Assembly: GCA_964016885.1 (NCBI GenBank)
Contig: OZ024748.1
Span: 10,602,001 to 10,666,000, forward strand
Origin: Eledone cirrhosa
Lineage: Eukaryota
Direction: 5' to 3'
DNA: 64,000 nt
In this document: piece after piece, positions 37,501 through 49,223 of the stretch
Position numbering within the stretch: position 1 is the first letter of the stretch
Layout of the letters: the number at the start of each line of letters is the position of its first letter
Translations under genes and position numbers: made by a program
Notes under the pieces: generated by a model
The model's database searches: none
Told to the model about the DNA's origin: nothing
Seen by the model: only the letters and a program-made list of their open reading frames with translations

Positions 37501-39353
37501 ATTTATCTCACATAATATCGAATCTGAAATTTGATATTATTTATTTTGAGAATAATACCTTAATGTCGGTATGAACGGCCGGTTTAAACAGAAAGATGTG
37601 AAGGAATTCTGGCCAGATATGGCTGGTTTAAATGCCTAAATAGTTAAGACAAGTTTTTTCATAAAATTATGATGGAATGTTTTTTAGATAAATATAAGTA
37701 CTTTATCATAGAACCTGAAGGTTTAAAGAAAGTATTCTATGGCTGGATGCCCTTCCTAATGCCAACCCTTAATTATTTCACTATTAAGATAGCATTTGTA
37801 ACACAATGGACGATTCTTATTTAAAATTATATTGGAAGGTTTTAATATAAATTGGAACCCTTTAAAATAGGTGGTTTTGTTTCATAGAACCAGAGCTGGA
37901 TTAGGCTGGGCCGGGCTGGTATCAAAAGTGTTAATGTTGTTCCTGTTGTTGTTATTGTTCTTACCTAACTCATTACAACATGTTGTTGTTGTTGCTATTG
38001 TTGTTGATGCTATTGTTGCTGTTGTGCATGCCATTCTCTAATAAAACCACTTTTCCGTTGTTTACTAAAAAAAAAATCTATTTCCAAAGACTGATTGCCA
38101 TAGTAACGGTCTCCTAGCAACAAAACAGCTTTGTGGCTTTTATTACTTTCCTTCTATTCATTCAACACCATTGTTGTTGTTGTTGTTGTTATCATTTTGT
38201 TTTCTGATCTGATTTTTATATATCTTCTCCCCCACACATACACTTACAGACATTTCATGACTTTATGTAATTTGTCTTTGTAATATTCACCTCATTTTGT
38301 ACCCTTGTGCCTAAATCAGAAACCAATTGTCAGAATCGGTAGAGCGTCGGACAATATGCTTAGTGACATAGAGTTATGTCCCTTTACGTTCTGGGTTCAA
38401 ATCTCGCCAAGGTTATCTTTGCCTGTTGTCCTTATGGGATCGATAAAATAAAGTACCAGTAACACACTGGGGTCTTTTTAATCGACATTCCCCTCCCCCA
38501 AAATTGTTGGCATTGTGCCTAAAGTAGAAACAGTTATTATTAGAGTGTCAGACGCCATGCCTTGCAGCTTGGAGTTATGGCCCTTTAAGGTCTGAGTTCA
38601 AATCCTGTCGAGGTTAGCTTTGTCTTTCATCCTTACAGGGTTGATAAAATAAAGTACCAGTCACACACTGGGGTCAATTTAATCGACTTTCAATTCCCCT
38701 AAAATTGCTGGCCTTGTGCCTATAGTAGATACCAATATTATTATTATCATCATCATCGTTATGATGAGTAGTAGTAGTAGTGGGGGTGGTAGTAGTAGTG
38801 ATTGTGGGGTGGTAGTAGTGGTGGTAGTAGTAGTGGGGTGGTAGTGGTGGTAGTAGTAGTAGTAGTGGTAGTAGTGGTAGTGGGGTGATAGTAGTGGTGG
38901 TAGTAGTAGTGGGGGTGGTAGTAGTAGTAGTTTGTCTTTTTTTTCCCCCTGCATTTCATTGTGATTCTATCTATATTAGATTATTGTTGTTGTTGTTGTC
39001 GTTATTGTTGTTATTATTGTAGTTATTATTGTTGTTGTTATTGTTGTTGTCCTTGCCGTTGTTATTATTGTTGTTGTTGTTGTCCCTTTCCTTTCATTCC
39101 TTCCACAATATTTCCATATTTATCATATTGATTTATCTTCCTGATTAAAAGAGTTGTTCTTGTTTTTTTTTTCCTGGTAAAGAAAAACAAAAGCAAAAAC
39201 ACAACAGCAAAAACAACAGGAAACAACATCAAAAAAAGAAAACAAGTAAACAAAGAAGAAGAGAGGAGGTGGGGAGGTGTTGTGGGGGTGGTACGTGGGT
39301 GGTGTTGTGGTGCAGGAACATGGTTAGTGCTGGCAAGATGAAATCAGCTGTGC

Positions 39354-39422
<69 letters not shown>

Positions 39423-42400
39423 TACATACATACACACGCACATATACGTTTCTGTTAAGTTCTACTCTTTTCATCAATCATTGATTGTTTGTTTGTATCT
39501 TTTGTCCCTTTCCCTCTACTACTACTGCTACTACTACATCTACTGCTGCTACTGCTGCTGCTACTACTACTACTACTACTACTAAGCTTCATTTCTTTCT
39601 AATCTTTGTACATCCTCTGTTCAATGCCCATGTCTTTTTAACTGTGCAATATATGTAATTGTATTTCACTAGAAGTTAGGCAGTGCATTTCACTAGACAG
39701 ACAGTGTATATCACTAGAGAAAGACAGGCAGTGTATATCATTAGAGAAAGATATGCAGTGTATATCACTAGGAAGGGGTAGGCAGTGTATTTCACTAGAA
39801 AGGGGTAGGCAGTGTATTTGACTAGAGAAAGACAGGCAGTGTATTTCACTAGAAAAAGACAGGCAGTGTATTTCACTAGAGGAAGACAGGCAGTGTATTT
39901 CACTAGAAAAAGACAGGCACTGTATTTCACTAGAAAAAGACAGGCACTGTATTTCACTAGAAAAAGACAGGCAGTGTATTTCACTAGAGGAAGACAGGCA
40001 GTGTATTTCACTAGAAAAAGACAGGCAGTGTATTTCACTAGAGGAAGACAGGCAGTGTATTTCACTAGAAAAAGACAGGCAGTGTATTTCACTAGAGGAA
40101 GACAGGCAGTGTATTTCACTAGAGGAAGACAGGCAGTGTATTTCACTAGAGAAAGACAGGCGGTGTATTTCACTAGAGGAAGACAGGCAGTGTATTTCAC
40201 TAGAGGAAGACAGGCAGTGTATTTCACTAGAGGAAGACAGGCAGTGTATTTCACTAGAGGAAAACAGGCAGTGTATTTCACTAGGAAGGGGTAGGCAGTG
40301 TATTTCACTAGAAAGGGGTAGGCAGTGTATTTCACTAGAAAAAGACAGGCAGTGTATTTCACTAGAAAAAGACAGGCAGTGTATTTCACTAGAGGAAGAC
40401 GGGCAGTGTATTTCACTAGAGAAAGACAGGCGGTGTATTTCACTAGAAAAAGACAGGCAGTGTATTTCACTAGAAAAAGACAGGCAGTGTATTTCACTAG
40501 AGGAAGACAGGCAGTGTATTTCACTAGAGGAAGACAGGCAGTGTATTTCACTAGAGGAAGACAGGCAGTGTATTTCACTAGAGGAAGACAGGCAGTGTAT
40601 TTCACTAGAGGAAGACAGGCAGTGTATTTCACTAGAAAAAGACAGGCAGTGTATTTCACTAGAGGAAGACAGGCAGTGTATTTCACTAGAGAAAGACAGG
40701 CAGTGTATTTCACTAGAGAAAGACAGGCGGTGTATTTCACTAGAGGAAGACGGGCAGTGTATTTCACTAGAAAAAGACAGGCAGTGTATTTCACTAGAGG
40801 AAGACAGGCAGTGTATTTCACTAGGAAAAGTTAATTTGTGATGTCAACATTTGTATAGCACTCCCTGCAACTTGGTTACTGATGCAGTTTTACTACAAAG
40901 AATACAATAAGAAAATGTTGACACTGTGAAAAAATGTGAAAAGTGACTATTATAGTGACAGAAAAGTCTTCAAGTGGTCGATTGGTTGTGTGTGTATCAT
41001 CATCATCATCATCACCGGTTTACGTCCGTTCTTCCACGCTAGCATGGGTTAGACGGGTTGTCCTGTTGTGGGCAGTGTCTGGTCGGCTGACCATGGCTTG
41101 ATTTCTACAGCTGGATGCCCTTCCTGCGTGTGTGTGTATATGTGTGCATGCATGTGTGTATGTTCCTACGTGCCTGTGCATGTGTCCCTATATGCTTGTC
41201 TGTACGTGTGTGTATCTAAGTATGCATGTGTGTTTGTGCATGCGTTTGCATGTACACATGTTTGTGTGTGTGTAAGCATGCTTATGTGTGTGTATGTGTG
41301 TATGCATGCATATGTGTGTATGTATGCGTGCATGTCTGTATATTCATATGGGTGTGTGTGTGTGTGTATATTTGTAAGTGCCCAAACCTGTATATATGAG
41401 TATGTGTGTGTGTGTGTATATGCGTGTGTGTGAGTGTGTATGCATGTCTGTATATTCACGTGTGTGTATGTGTGTCCATTGTTGAAGTCATTACCCTTGA
41501 TGTTTTATTGTTTCCTGTATCATAAGAGATGTAGGTGCGTGTATGTTCATGAGTGTGTGTGTGTATGTGCATGAATGTGTGTATGTGCATGAGTATACAC
41601 ATGTTGTGTATCCATGAATGTGTGTGAGAGAGAGAAAGCGGTCAAGTTAGTACAGCGATAAGGACACTAGAGTAAGTATTTATTCTGATAACAAAAGGGA
41701 AAGTATTAAGGCAAGTTGTCTTATCTGAGGGATTCCAGGATCAATAAATTAGCTACCAGATTGAATAGAAACAAAGGTAGGGTAGGATATTTGACATGAG
41801 AGCCATTGTGTAACTAGATATAGTGCTGTCGTTGTTGTTGTTGTTGTTGTTGTTTAGTTCTAGATCAAAGTAGATCTAGGCTTAACCATTGGACTGGCAG
41901 AGTCGTTAGAGCATCGGATAAATGCTCAACAACATTTGTTCCGGCTCTTTACTTTCTGAGTTAAAATCTTGCCGAAGTCAACTTTGCCTTTCATTCTTTT
42001 GAGGTTGATAAAATAAAGTACCAGTCATGTCCTGGGGTTAATATAATCAACTGTCCCTTCCCTCCAATCTAAAAAAAAATTTAAAAAATTGCTAGCCTTG
42101 TGCCCAAATTAGAATCTGGTACTGCTAGATTTGACTGCTATCTCTAGCATTTCAAGTGATCATATAGAGGTTCCCTCCTTAACCAAGTATTATCTCCTAC
42201 TTGACATTATTGTCAACTACATTGTTTCGTGGATAGAAGGGGAGGGAGGCAGGACTGGATTAAGTCCTTTGGTGACCCTAAGCACTTAAAAGATTATGGT
42301 GTCACCCCCATATATAAAGTCTGCAAAAATAAATATATATTTTTGGAATGACATATATATTTGGTGAAGGCACATGGCTGAGTGGTAAGAGAATTGGATT

Positions 42401-42903
42401 CGCAATCGTGTGGTTCTGAGTTCGATTCTTGGACCAGGGGATGCGTTATGTCCTTGAGCAAGACACTTTATTTCACGTTGCTCCTTCTGTCTGGAGTTGC
42501 GACCGACAGAGAGCATTAGCAATTGGAAAGACCAATGGAAACATTGTTTCCTCGATCCGATTTGATGAAAGTTGATCGACTGTTGATATATATTTCCATG
42601 GAAAAAAACAATGTTATCTCTGATCGAGACGAAGTGTGTGTGTGTGAGGGTATTTGAATACATATAAAAAAAGAATTATTAATTTTTTTTCTTTTCTTTT
42701 TCAGATTTTTTTTCGAGCAAAACAATCGTTTGTTCCAAACTCTGTTGGATGTTTCATCATCGCAGGACCGACAGTTAACATCTGACCACATGAAGTTAAT
42801 GGGACTTGACCCCATTGGAGATCGTATCTTCCTTATGGAACTTGTAGAACATTATGGTATTGATGTTGTTCTCATGGTTGACAATCCTTGCTGCCCCAAA
42901 TAA
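15133..42903 (+). CDS. DENND11: DENN domain-containing protein 11 (LCHN/KIAA1147), complete; exons 15133-15352, 29956-30055, 31966-32124, 33915-34104, 34666-34804, 35360-35485, 35831-35981, 37026-37094, 42705-42903 (alternative ATG at 15127)
   Basis: 1353 nt spliced, all GT-AG, in frame. Recognisable motifs [73 protein letters not shown]-terminal DNPCCPK. Confidence 0.95.
16112..16215. mobile_element. Tc1/mariner-type MITE (related 29332-29762, 55560-55645, 17600-17682)
   Basis: TA-CAGGGTG...CACTCTG-TA imperfect terminal inverted repeats. Confidence 0.75.
18680..19170. repeat. ~45-bp tandem repeat derived from SINE family C (similar array 59460-59690)
   Basis: Units GTAAAGTGGTAGTGCTGGTACCACGATAAAATGCACCCAGCCTGCTCT. 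Confidence 0.8.
19995..20200 (+). mobile_element. SINE family C with RTE-type tail (copies 12235-12430, 18250-18420, 19490-19675, 41000-41125(-), 47340-47525, 59300-59450(-))
   Basis: GTAAATGTGGTTGG..TTAGGAAGGGCATCCAGCTGTAGAAAC...CCATGCTAGC.TGGAAAATGGACGTTAAA(TGA)n. Confidence 0.8.
20220..22795 (+). mobile_element. Ty3/Gypsy pol remnant (RT, RNase H, integrase), 5'-truncated
   Basis: RT ([16 protein letters not shown]), RNase H (DAS...RELLA...TDHKPL), integrase HHCC, D,D,E and GPY. The two ORFs share a frame, separated by in-frame TGA (20868) and TAG (~21063). No gag or protease. Confidence 0.95.
22922..23516. mobile_element. LTR-like or foldback segment with 102-bp inverted arms (22922-23023 / 23397-23498)
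   Basis: Arms are reverse complements with 8 mismatches; segment begins TGTAAC and ends GTCGCTACA; follows Gypsy integrase. Confidence 0.65.
24564..25055. repeat. 98-bp tandem repeat x5
   Basis: Units start 24564, 24662, 24760, 24858, 24956; first four near-identical. Confidence 0.95.
25205..26060. repeat. (GGT/GAT)n and (CAT/CAC)n degenerate trinucleotide tracts
   Basis: Direct reading. Confidence 0.9.
26477..26704. mobile_element. piggyBac-like MITE (copies 5375-5603, 28331-29125, 37431-37646)
   Basis: TTAA-CCCTTTAGC ... GCTAAAGGG-TTAA termini across copies, shared ~225-bp body. Confidence 0.75.
28020..28270 (-). mobile_element. RTE-like LINE 3' end with C2H2 finger
   Basis: REWDR...W...[19 protein letters not shown], degenerate. 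Confidence 0.65.
28343..28970. repeat. 60-bp tandem repeat x~10 inside a piggyBac-like MITE
   Basis: Identical 60-nt lines; single-unit version at 37441-37510. Confidence 0.95.
29485..29671 (-). mobile_element. Full-length family A SINE with 19-bp TSD
   Basis: TTTACATAATTTAAATAAT at 29466-29484 and 29672-29690. Confidence 0.9.
29956..30055 (+). CDS. DENND11: DENND11 exon 2
   Basis: [33 protein letters not shown]. Confidence 0.93.
31966..32124 (+). CDS. DENND11: DENND11 exon 3
   Basis: [36 protein letters not shown]. Confidence 0.93.
33035..33530 (+). mobile_element. Internally deleted RTE-like element (5'UTR-like part plus zinc-finger 3' end)
   Basis: RTE 5'-like motifs (CTAGGAGAAGG..ACTCTGAT..AAACC) followed by [11 protein letters not shown] codons. 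Confidence 0.5.
33915..34104 (+). CDS. DENND11: DENND11 exon 4
   Basis: [23 protein letters not shown]...LPEMK|gtcagg. Confidence 0.9.
34666..34804 (+). CDS. DENND11: DENND11 exon 5
   Basis: [46 protein letters not shown]. Confidence 0.93.
35360..35485 (+). CDS. DENND11: DENND11 exon 6
   Basis: [10 protein letters not shown]...[19 protein letters not shown]. Confidence 0.92.
35831..35981 (+). CDS. DENND11: DENND11 exon 7
   Basis: [23 protein letters not shown]...KLNNQ. Confidence 0.92.
37026..37094 (+). CDS. DENND11: DENND11 exon 8
   Basis: [22 protein letters not shown], phase 2/2 fits neighbours. Confidence 0.85.
39655..40826. repeat. 27-bp minisatellite x~42 (GGCAGTGTATTTCACTAGARRAAGACA)
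   Basis: Direct reading; variants confined mainly to the purine run. Confidence 0.97.
42365..42580 (+). mobile_element. tRNA-derived SINE family B (copies 2480-2740(-), 6700-6830(-), 46020-46275(-), partial 35665-35760 and 60490-60610)
   Basis: TGGCTGAGTGGT A-box, GAGTTCGATTC B-box, GTCCTTGAGCAAGACACTTTATTTCAC core. Confidence 0.85.
42705..42903 (+). CDS. DENND11: DENND11 exon 9 (terminal)
   Basis: [22 protein letters not shown]...GLDPIGDR...VDNPCCPK stop. Confidence 0.93.
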
Positions 42904-42945
42904 AGCAGCAAGCTTCTTCTTATTTCTTTTACTTCTTATTCCTTC

Positions 42946-42999
<54 letters not shown>

Positions 43000-43140
43000 C
43001 ACACACATATATATTTTTATCTATCTGTCTATCTATCTATCTATATATATAAAATACTCCCACACACACACACATATTTTTACCAATATATATGTGTCTG
43101 TGTGTATATATATATATATATATATGTGTGTGTCTGTGTG

Positions 43141-43186
<46 letters not shown>

Positions 43187-43266
43187 AGTATGTATATATA
43201 TATGTGCATGTGTGTATATATATATATATATATATATGAGTATGTATATATATATGTGCATGTGTG

Positions 43267-43297
<31 letters not shown>

Positions 43298-43372
43298 ATG
43301 TATATATATGTGCATGTATATATATATATATATATTTATATATATGTGTGTATGTATATATATGTGCATGTA

Positions 43373-43419
<47 letters not shown>

Positions 43420-43645
43420 GAAGTATATTTAGAAAGCGGTGAGCAGAGTTTGAAAACTAAAGACTTCAACAACTATTGTTAGACTATTTTATTTAGTCAA
43501 AAAATTATGGTGAAGTCTTCTATTTCATATATATATAAGATATGTACATATATAAATATATCTATATATATATATTTATATTTATACATATATATACATA
43601 TATATATATACATATATATACATATATATATATATATATACATTG
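42946..43645. repeat. Compound (TA)n/(TG)n microsatellite
   Basis: Direct reading. Confidence 0.95.
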
Positions 43646-43999
43646 TTTCTTTTTCTTTTCATATTCTTCATAGTCTTTGGTACTTCGGTAAAGAAAGACA
43701 TATATATATATACCTGTTCCTTACTCTATTAAATCAAACAAATCAATCCATTATTACCAAATTCCTTAAATTCCATGTTGGTATGGATGAACTATTCTTG
43801 AAAATTAAACCATTTTTCATTTTTTTTTCCTTCTCAATATTGCATGATATGAGAATCAGTCTTAATAAGGCAAAATACTGAATTTATTTTAATTTCTATT
43901 TTGATATTTATTTTGACTTTTTGTCTGGCATTGGTAGCAAAAATCTACCATTACCACTGCCATCACCCAATCCCTCATTCCCCACCCCAACAACATAAT

Positions 44000-44800
44000 C
44001 CAAACAAATTCTATGTTTTAGAAGTGGAACTTTCTAATTTTTGTTGGTATTGTTTCCTCATCATATTAGCAATCACAGGACATGAGTTCTCTCAAGAATA
44101 TACTGGAAAAAAATACCATGTTTTAGTGAGGAACCCTATATAACTTATGATTGTTAGCATTGTATCCTACAATGTTAACAATCACAGAACATGAGTTCTA
44201 TCAAGAACATGCTGGAATAAAGTCCATGTATTAGGAATTTAACCATAAAAAACCTATGATTGTTAGCATTATTTCCCACAATGTTACTAATCACAGAAAA
44301 TGTGTTGACTTTAGAACAAAATTGAAAAAATTCTATGCTTTAGAGGCAGAACTATATATAATCTGTGATTGCTAATGTTATTTCTTACATTGTTAGCAAT
44401 CAAGTTATAATAAAAACATAGTGGAAGACATTCTATATTTGTGAGTGGGACTATATATAAGAATCACAGATCATCTGTTTGATGAAAAAAAAAGAAGAAA
44501 AAATTCTATTATTTTTCAAGAGTGGAACCAGAAAAACCTGTGATTTCTAACACTTCTAGTTCCTAATAATAGTAAATATGACAGATTATTATGGATTCTA
44601 TGTAGTACATTCCAGAACAAGGTCTCTGTTTCTGGGTTGGAACAATATTTAACCTGTGATTGCTAGGGTGTTGTTGGTGAAACAATACTTGAAAAAAAAC
44701 TTCTATGTTTTACAGTGGAACTGTCTAAAATCTGTGATTGCTAGTGTTGTTTGAACTATGAGTTCACTTATGAACATAACTCAGACAAATTCTGTTATAG
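44000..44800. repeat. Degenerate ~109-bp tandem repeat with palindromic junctions
   Basis: TGATTGYTARC...GTTARCAATCA at 44148, 44257, 44366. Confidence 0.75.
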
Positions 44801-45019
44801 CACCTATATAATATGTGTTAACGGGCCCCGGCCAGATGTAAAATATAGCTCCCCACCCACCTTGTACTGACAATAGGTCAAGGCCAGATTTAAAACATAG
44901 GTCTACCCACCTAATACTGACAATAGGCCAAGGCCAGATGTAAAATGTACTGGCAATAAACCCAGGCCAGATGTAAAATTATTGTTGTGTGGACCTGATC
45001 ACAGCTAGTGACAGTAGGA

Positions 45020-45520
45020 TAACTGTGGCTTATATAGCACCTTCAAGATTTAGGAGCCCCTTTCACAGTTAGGGTCCTCCTCCAGGATTAGGGTCCTCAA
45101 AACTTATGCTTTATTGGTTTCATGAAAGATCCACCTCTGACCTTACTTAGCAACAGAGGGCAAATGTGGCTTGTGTGACCCCTCCAGGTTTAGGGGCCCC
45201 ATTACAGGGTTAGGGTCCACCTCCAGGATTAAGGTCCTCAAAACTTGAACTTTATTTGGTTCACAATAAACCCACCACTGATCTCTGGCTTGTGTGACCC
45301 CCTCCAGGTTTAGGGGCCTCATTACAGGGTTAGGGTCTGCAAAACTTGAACTTTATTAGGTTCACAATAAACCCACCACTGATCTCATTTCATACATTCA
45401 ACACCGGTTTAGGAGCCCCTTACAGGGTTAAGGTCCACCTCCAGAGTTAGGGTCCAGCTCTAGAGCTAGGGTCCTCAAACTTATGCTTTATTATTTTCAC
45501 AATAGACCCGCCACTGATCT
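45020..45520. repeat. Degenerate ~110-140-bp repeat containing TTAGGG motifs
   Basis: Recurring GGTTTAGGGGCCC..CAGGGTTAGGGTCC..CAAAACTT..CTTTATT. Confidence 0.75.
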
Positions 45521-48500
45521 CTCCTCATACTCTCTCTCACACAACACCAAAAGATATATTGAGTTCTACCTTGATTAGTTGTCTTCCTAGTCTCCAAACT
45601 GTGGATACATGATAAGTTATTTGGATATCAATTTATAAAATAACAACAAAAAAGGACCCTACAAACCCCCTACAAAACAAAACAAATCCACTACAAAACC
45701 AACACTATATTTCAATTAGTTCATATTTATTCTTATTTGAATGTTTTTGTTGTATTTTTCTTTTTGTGCTTTTCATAATAATAATAATCTTATTTTCTTT
45801 GTCAGCAAAAGGATGTACATTTTTAGGAAGGAGGAGGAATATATGTGATAGCATTGAGCCTAGTATGTTACTGGTACTTAAGTATTATTAAAAAAAAAAA
45901 ACCCTAGTCATATGAAATGTTAAATCAGATCCCAGCTGGTGTAAAAATCAGAAAGTTGGAGAGAGAGAGAGAAATTTTCAGTAGTTTGTTATAAACATGA
46001 TATGGGAGAACGAGAGAGAATGATCAGCAAGATCCCAGATCTCATTCGATTAACAAGTGGGTTGGAGCTCATCAAATTGGACTGAGGAAACAATGTTTCC
46101 ATTGGTATTTCCAATTGCTAATACTATATACCGGTCGCAAATCCAGACAGAAGGAGCAACGTGAAATAAAGTGTCTTGCTCAAGGATATAACGGATCGCT
46201 CAGTCCAGAAATCGAACTTACAACCCGACGATTGCAAATACAATTCTCTTACCACTCAGCCACACACCTTCACATGATATACATACACTATTGTGTATCC
46301 ATTCTCTATTTTCATTGTTTTTCTTATATAACAATCTGGGTGGGGTGGAGATAATTATAGTGAGGGTCGCTGGGGAAAAATTTATTTAAATAGGAGTGGT
46401 CCTTAGCAGTGAAAAGGTTGGGGGCCACTGCTGTAACACATCCTTTAATACTCATATTGTTATATTTAATTACAATTTTAATTTATGTAAAACTGAGATT
46501 CCCCCCTCTCTCTATTTCTTTCTCTGCTTTGTTTCTGGCAGGGAGTAATTAATTAATTAATCAGGCTATTAGCCTAATTAAGTGTGTTTATTAATCATAA
46601 TTTCATTTAGATTACAAACATTTTTAACACATCTTCAAGTACTGTCTTTGTTTAATCATTGTTGTGTAATTAAATCTTAATTAACCATAACACTCAAGAT
46701 GAGATCATTATCTTGTTTAATTAATTCCTTCCTAGTGTTACTGAAATGAAATGAAAATTATCCTTTTTTTGTTGTTACTTGACATAAAAGACATCATGAA
46801 ATTATGTTTATAAGTATCTTAATATTGCCATCAGACTCTTTAGAAACTCTGAAATTGGGGGAAATTTCAATATTTCTAACCTTTCATTACCTTATTTATA
46901 ATGGTTTCTGATTTAGGCCCAAGACCAACAATTTTTTGGGAGAGGTAACATCAATTAGATTGACCCCAGTGCGTTACTGGTATTTTATCTACCCCCATAA
47001 GGAAGAAAAGCAAAACTAACCTAGGTTGGATTTGAACTCAGAATGTAAAAGAACTCAAACAAATGCCAAAAAGCATTTTACCCAATGCTTTAACGATTCT
47101 GTCAATCCACTGCCCTTACCTTATAAAAGACACTGCCTATGTTTCAATTAATTTTTAAATCATTCAAGAATTTGGAGGGATTTAATAATGTAACTAACAT
47201 TTCTCATTATTTAGATGGTGTTTGGAACATAACTTAACAAAGGTTCTTACATAAAATTTTGATGGAAGGATTTTAGATAAATATAAATGGTGTGGCCATC
47301 TGACCTGTCCCTCCTCATGACGGTGCCATCCAGTTCCACATTGTAAATGTGGTTGGTGGTAGGAAGGGCATCCAGCTGTAAAATCCCCAGCCAAATTTAC
47401 AGTTCCGTTGGACCAAGGTACGGCATGGCTAATTCTGGCCAGACTTGTCTCCTGATGTGGACAACTCATCTAACCCATGGAAGCATGGAAAGAAATGGAC
47501 ACCAAACAGTGATGATGATGATGATGATAAATAATAATAATGAAATATTGTGTACAGTGCTCATGATGATAAACCCTTCAAAATAAAATAGACAGCTTAG
47601 TATGATAGAACCAAGAGCAGTTTCAGACAATTTGGTAGGAAGAGGGTTAAGATGTATGTATATATTGATTATAAGACTCTCTGAGTTTGTTGGTTTTTAA
47701 TCATTTTAACAATACCACACTGATATATCAAGACTTGATAATTTAGCCCAAAACACTACGTGGGTGGGCGATATATTGATATAAAAATCTAATGCTTTTA
47801 TCAGTGAACCTATAGTGTTTTTAGATATATAGTCATAAAAAGACCATAGTGTTAAAAGTGTTAAAGTATTATTATTTGGGGATTGGCAGTATCGGTAGAG
47901 GGTCGGACGCCATGCTTTGCAGCATAGGGTTACGGCCTTTTATGGTCTGAGTTCAAATTCCGCCGAGGTTAACTTTGCCTTTCATCCTAACGGGGTCGAT
48001 AAAATAAAGTACCAGTCATGCACTGGAGTCGATTTAATCGACTTTCCCCTCCCCCAAAAAATTGCTGGCCTTGTGCCTAAATCAGAAACCATTATTATTA
48101 TTATTATTATTATTATTTTAGAATATTTGTTGTGTTTTTTGTTATTTATTTCATTTTGTTATTGTTTTTGTTGTTATTTTGCTTAAATCTTAGATTTTTT
48201 TTTTAATAGAAATATTCAGCCCTGTCTGTCCATCACACACACACACACACACACACAGACACACACACATATGAAAATTAAATAAACTGTTTCCTGGTAT
48301 TGAGTACTTCATCTCAATCCAATAAGCCGATGTGAACAATCAATCCAAAAATTGTACAGTAAATAAATATAAAGATAATACTAATAAAAATGTCTAATTT
48401 AGGCACAAGGCCAGCAATTTGTGGGGGAGTATTTTACTAGAATTTTATTTTATTGGGGCCCCAGAATGATGAAAGGCAAAGCTGACCTTGGTGGGATTTA

Positions 48501-48674
48501 AGCTCAGAGAACATAAAGGGCCGTAACTAAATGTTGCAGAGCATTTTGTCGGCCGCTCTACCAATTCTGCCAATCCACCACCCTTAGTAATACTACTACT
48601 ACTAATAATAAAAATAGTAGTAATAATAATTTAGATGGGAAATTGGCAGTCATCAGATCATAGGACAAACTGCC

Positions 48675-48712
<38 letters not shown>

Positions 48713-49154
48713 AGTTTAAATGATATATAATAGCATCAACTGATGCTCTGGAGCTGTTTTATTGAGAAACATAATCGATATATTTATTTTATATATATAT
48801 CATGTCGATGTTGTGGCTGTCATTCATTCCACAACTTTATTTATTTGTCAGCTGATTGTCCCCCACCCCATATAATTATTTCTGATGGAACTAACAAATA
48901 AAACAAATAACCCCATCTCCCCTAATTCCACACCTTTGAACCCCCTACACACACACTTCAGCCATTCCTTGTTTTAAATCTCATCAGGTTGTTAATATTT
49001 ATATTTATTTGCCTATGCATTATTTTGTTTGTGTGTTTTGTTTTGTTTTGTTTTGTTTTTTCCTTTTTCATGAAAGAAATCAAAATATATTGTTTTTATT
49101 GCTTTTTGTATTTGTTTTGTAAGAGACTCTTGATGTGAAACCATGTGTTAAATC

Positions 49155-49223
<69 letters not shown>

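Noticed and set aside
39676-40834. 381-aa and 160/169-aa repetitive ORFs
   Set aside because: Product of a 27-bp minisatellite; no splice or homology evidence
42796-43881. Many YI/CV/HT-rich ORFs here and elsewhere
   Set aside because: Translations of (TA)n/(TG)n microsatellites
44000-44800. CRISPR array
   Set aside because: Eukaryotic context, degenerate repeats, mutually homologous spacers, no cas genes
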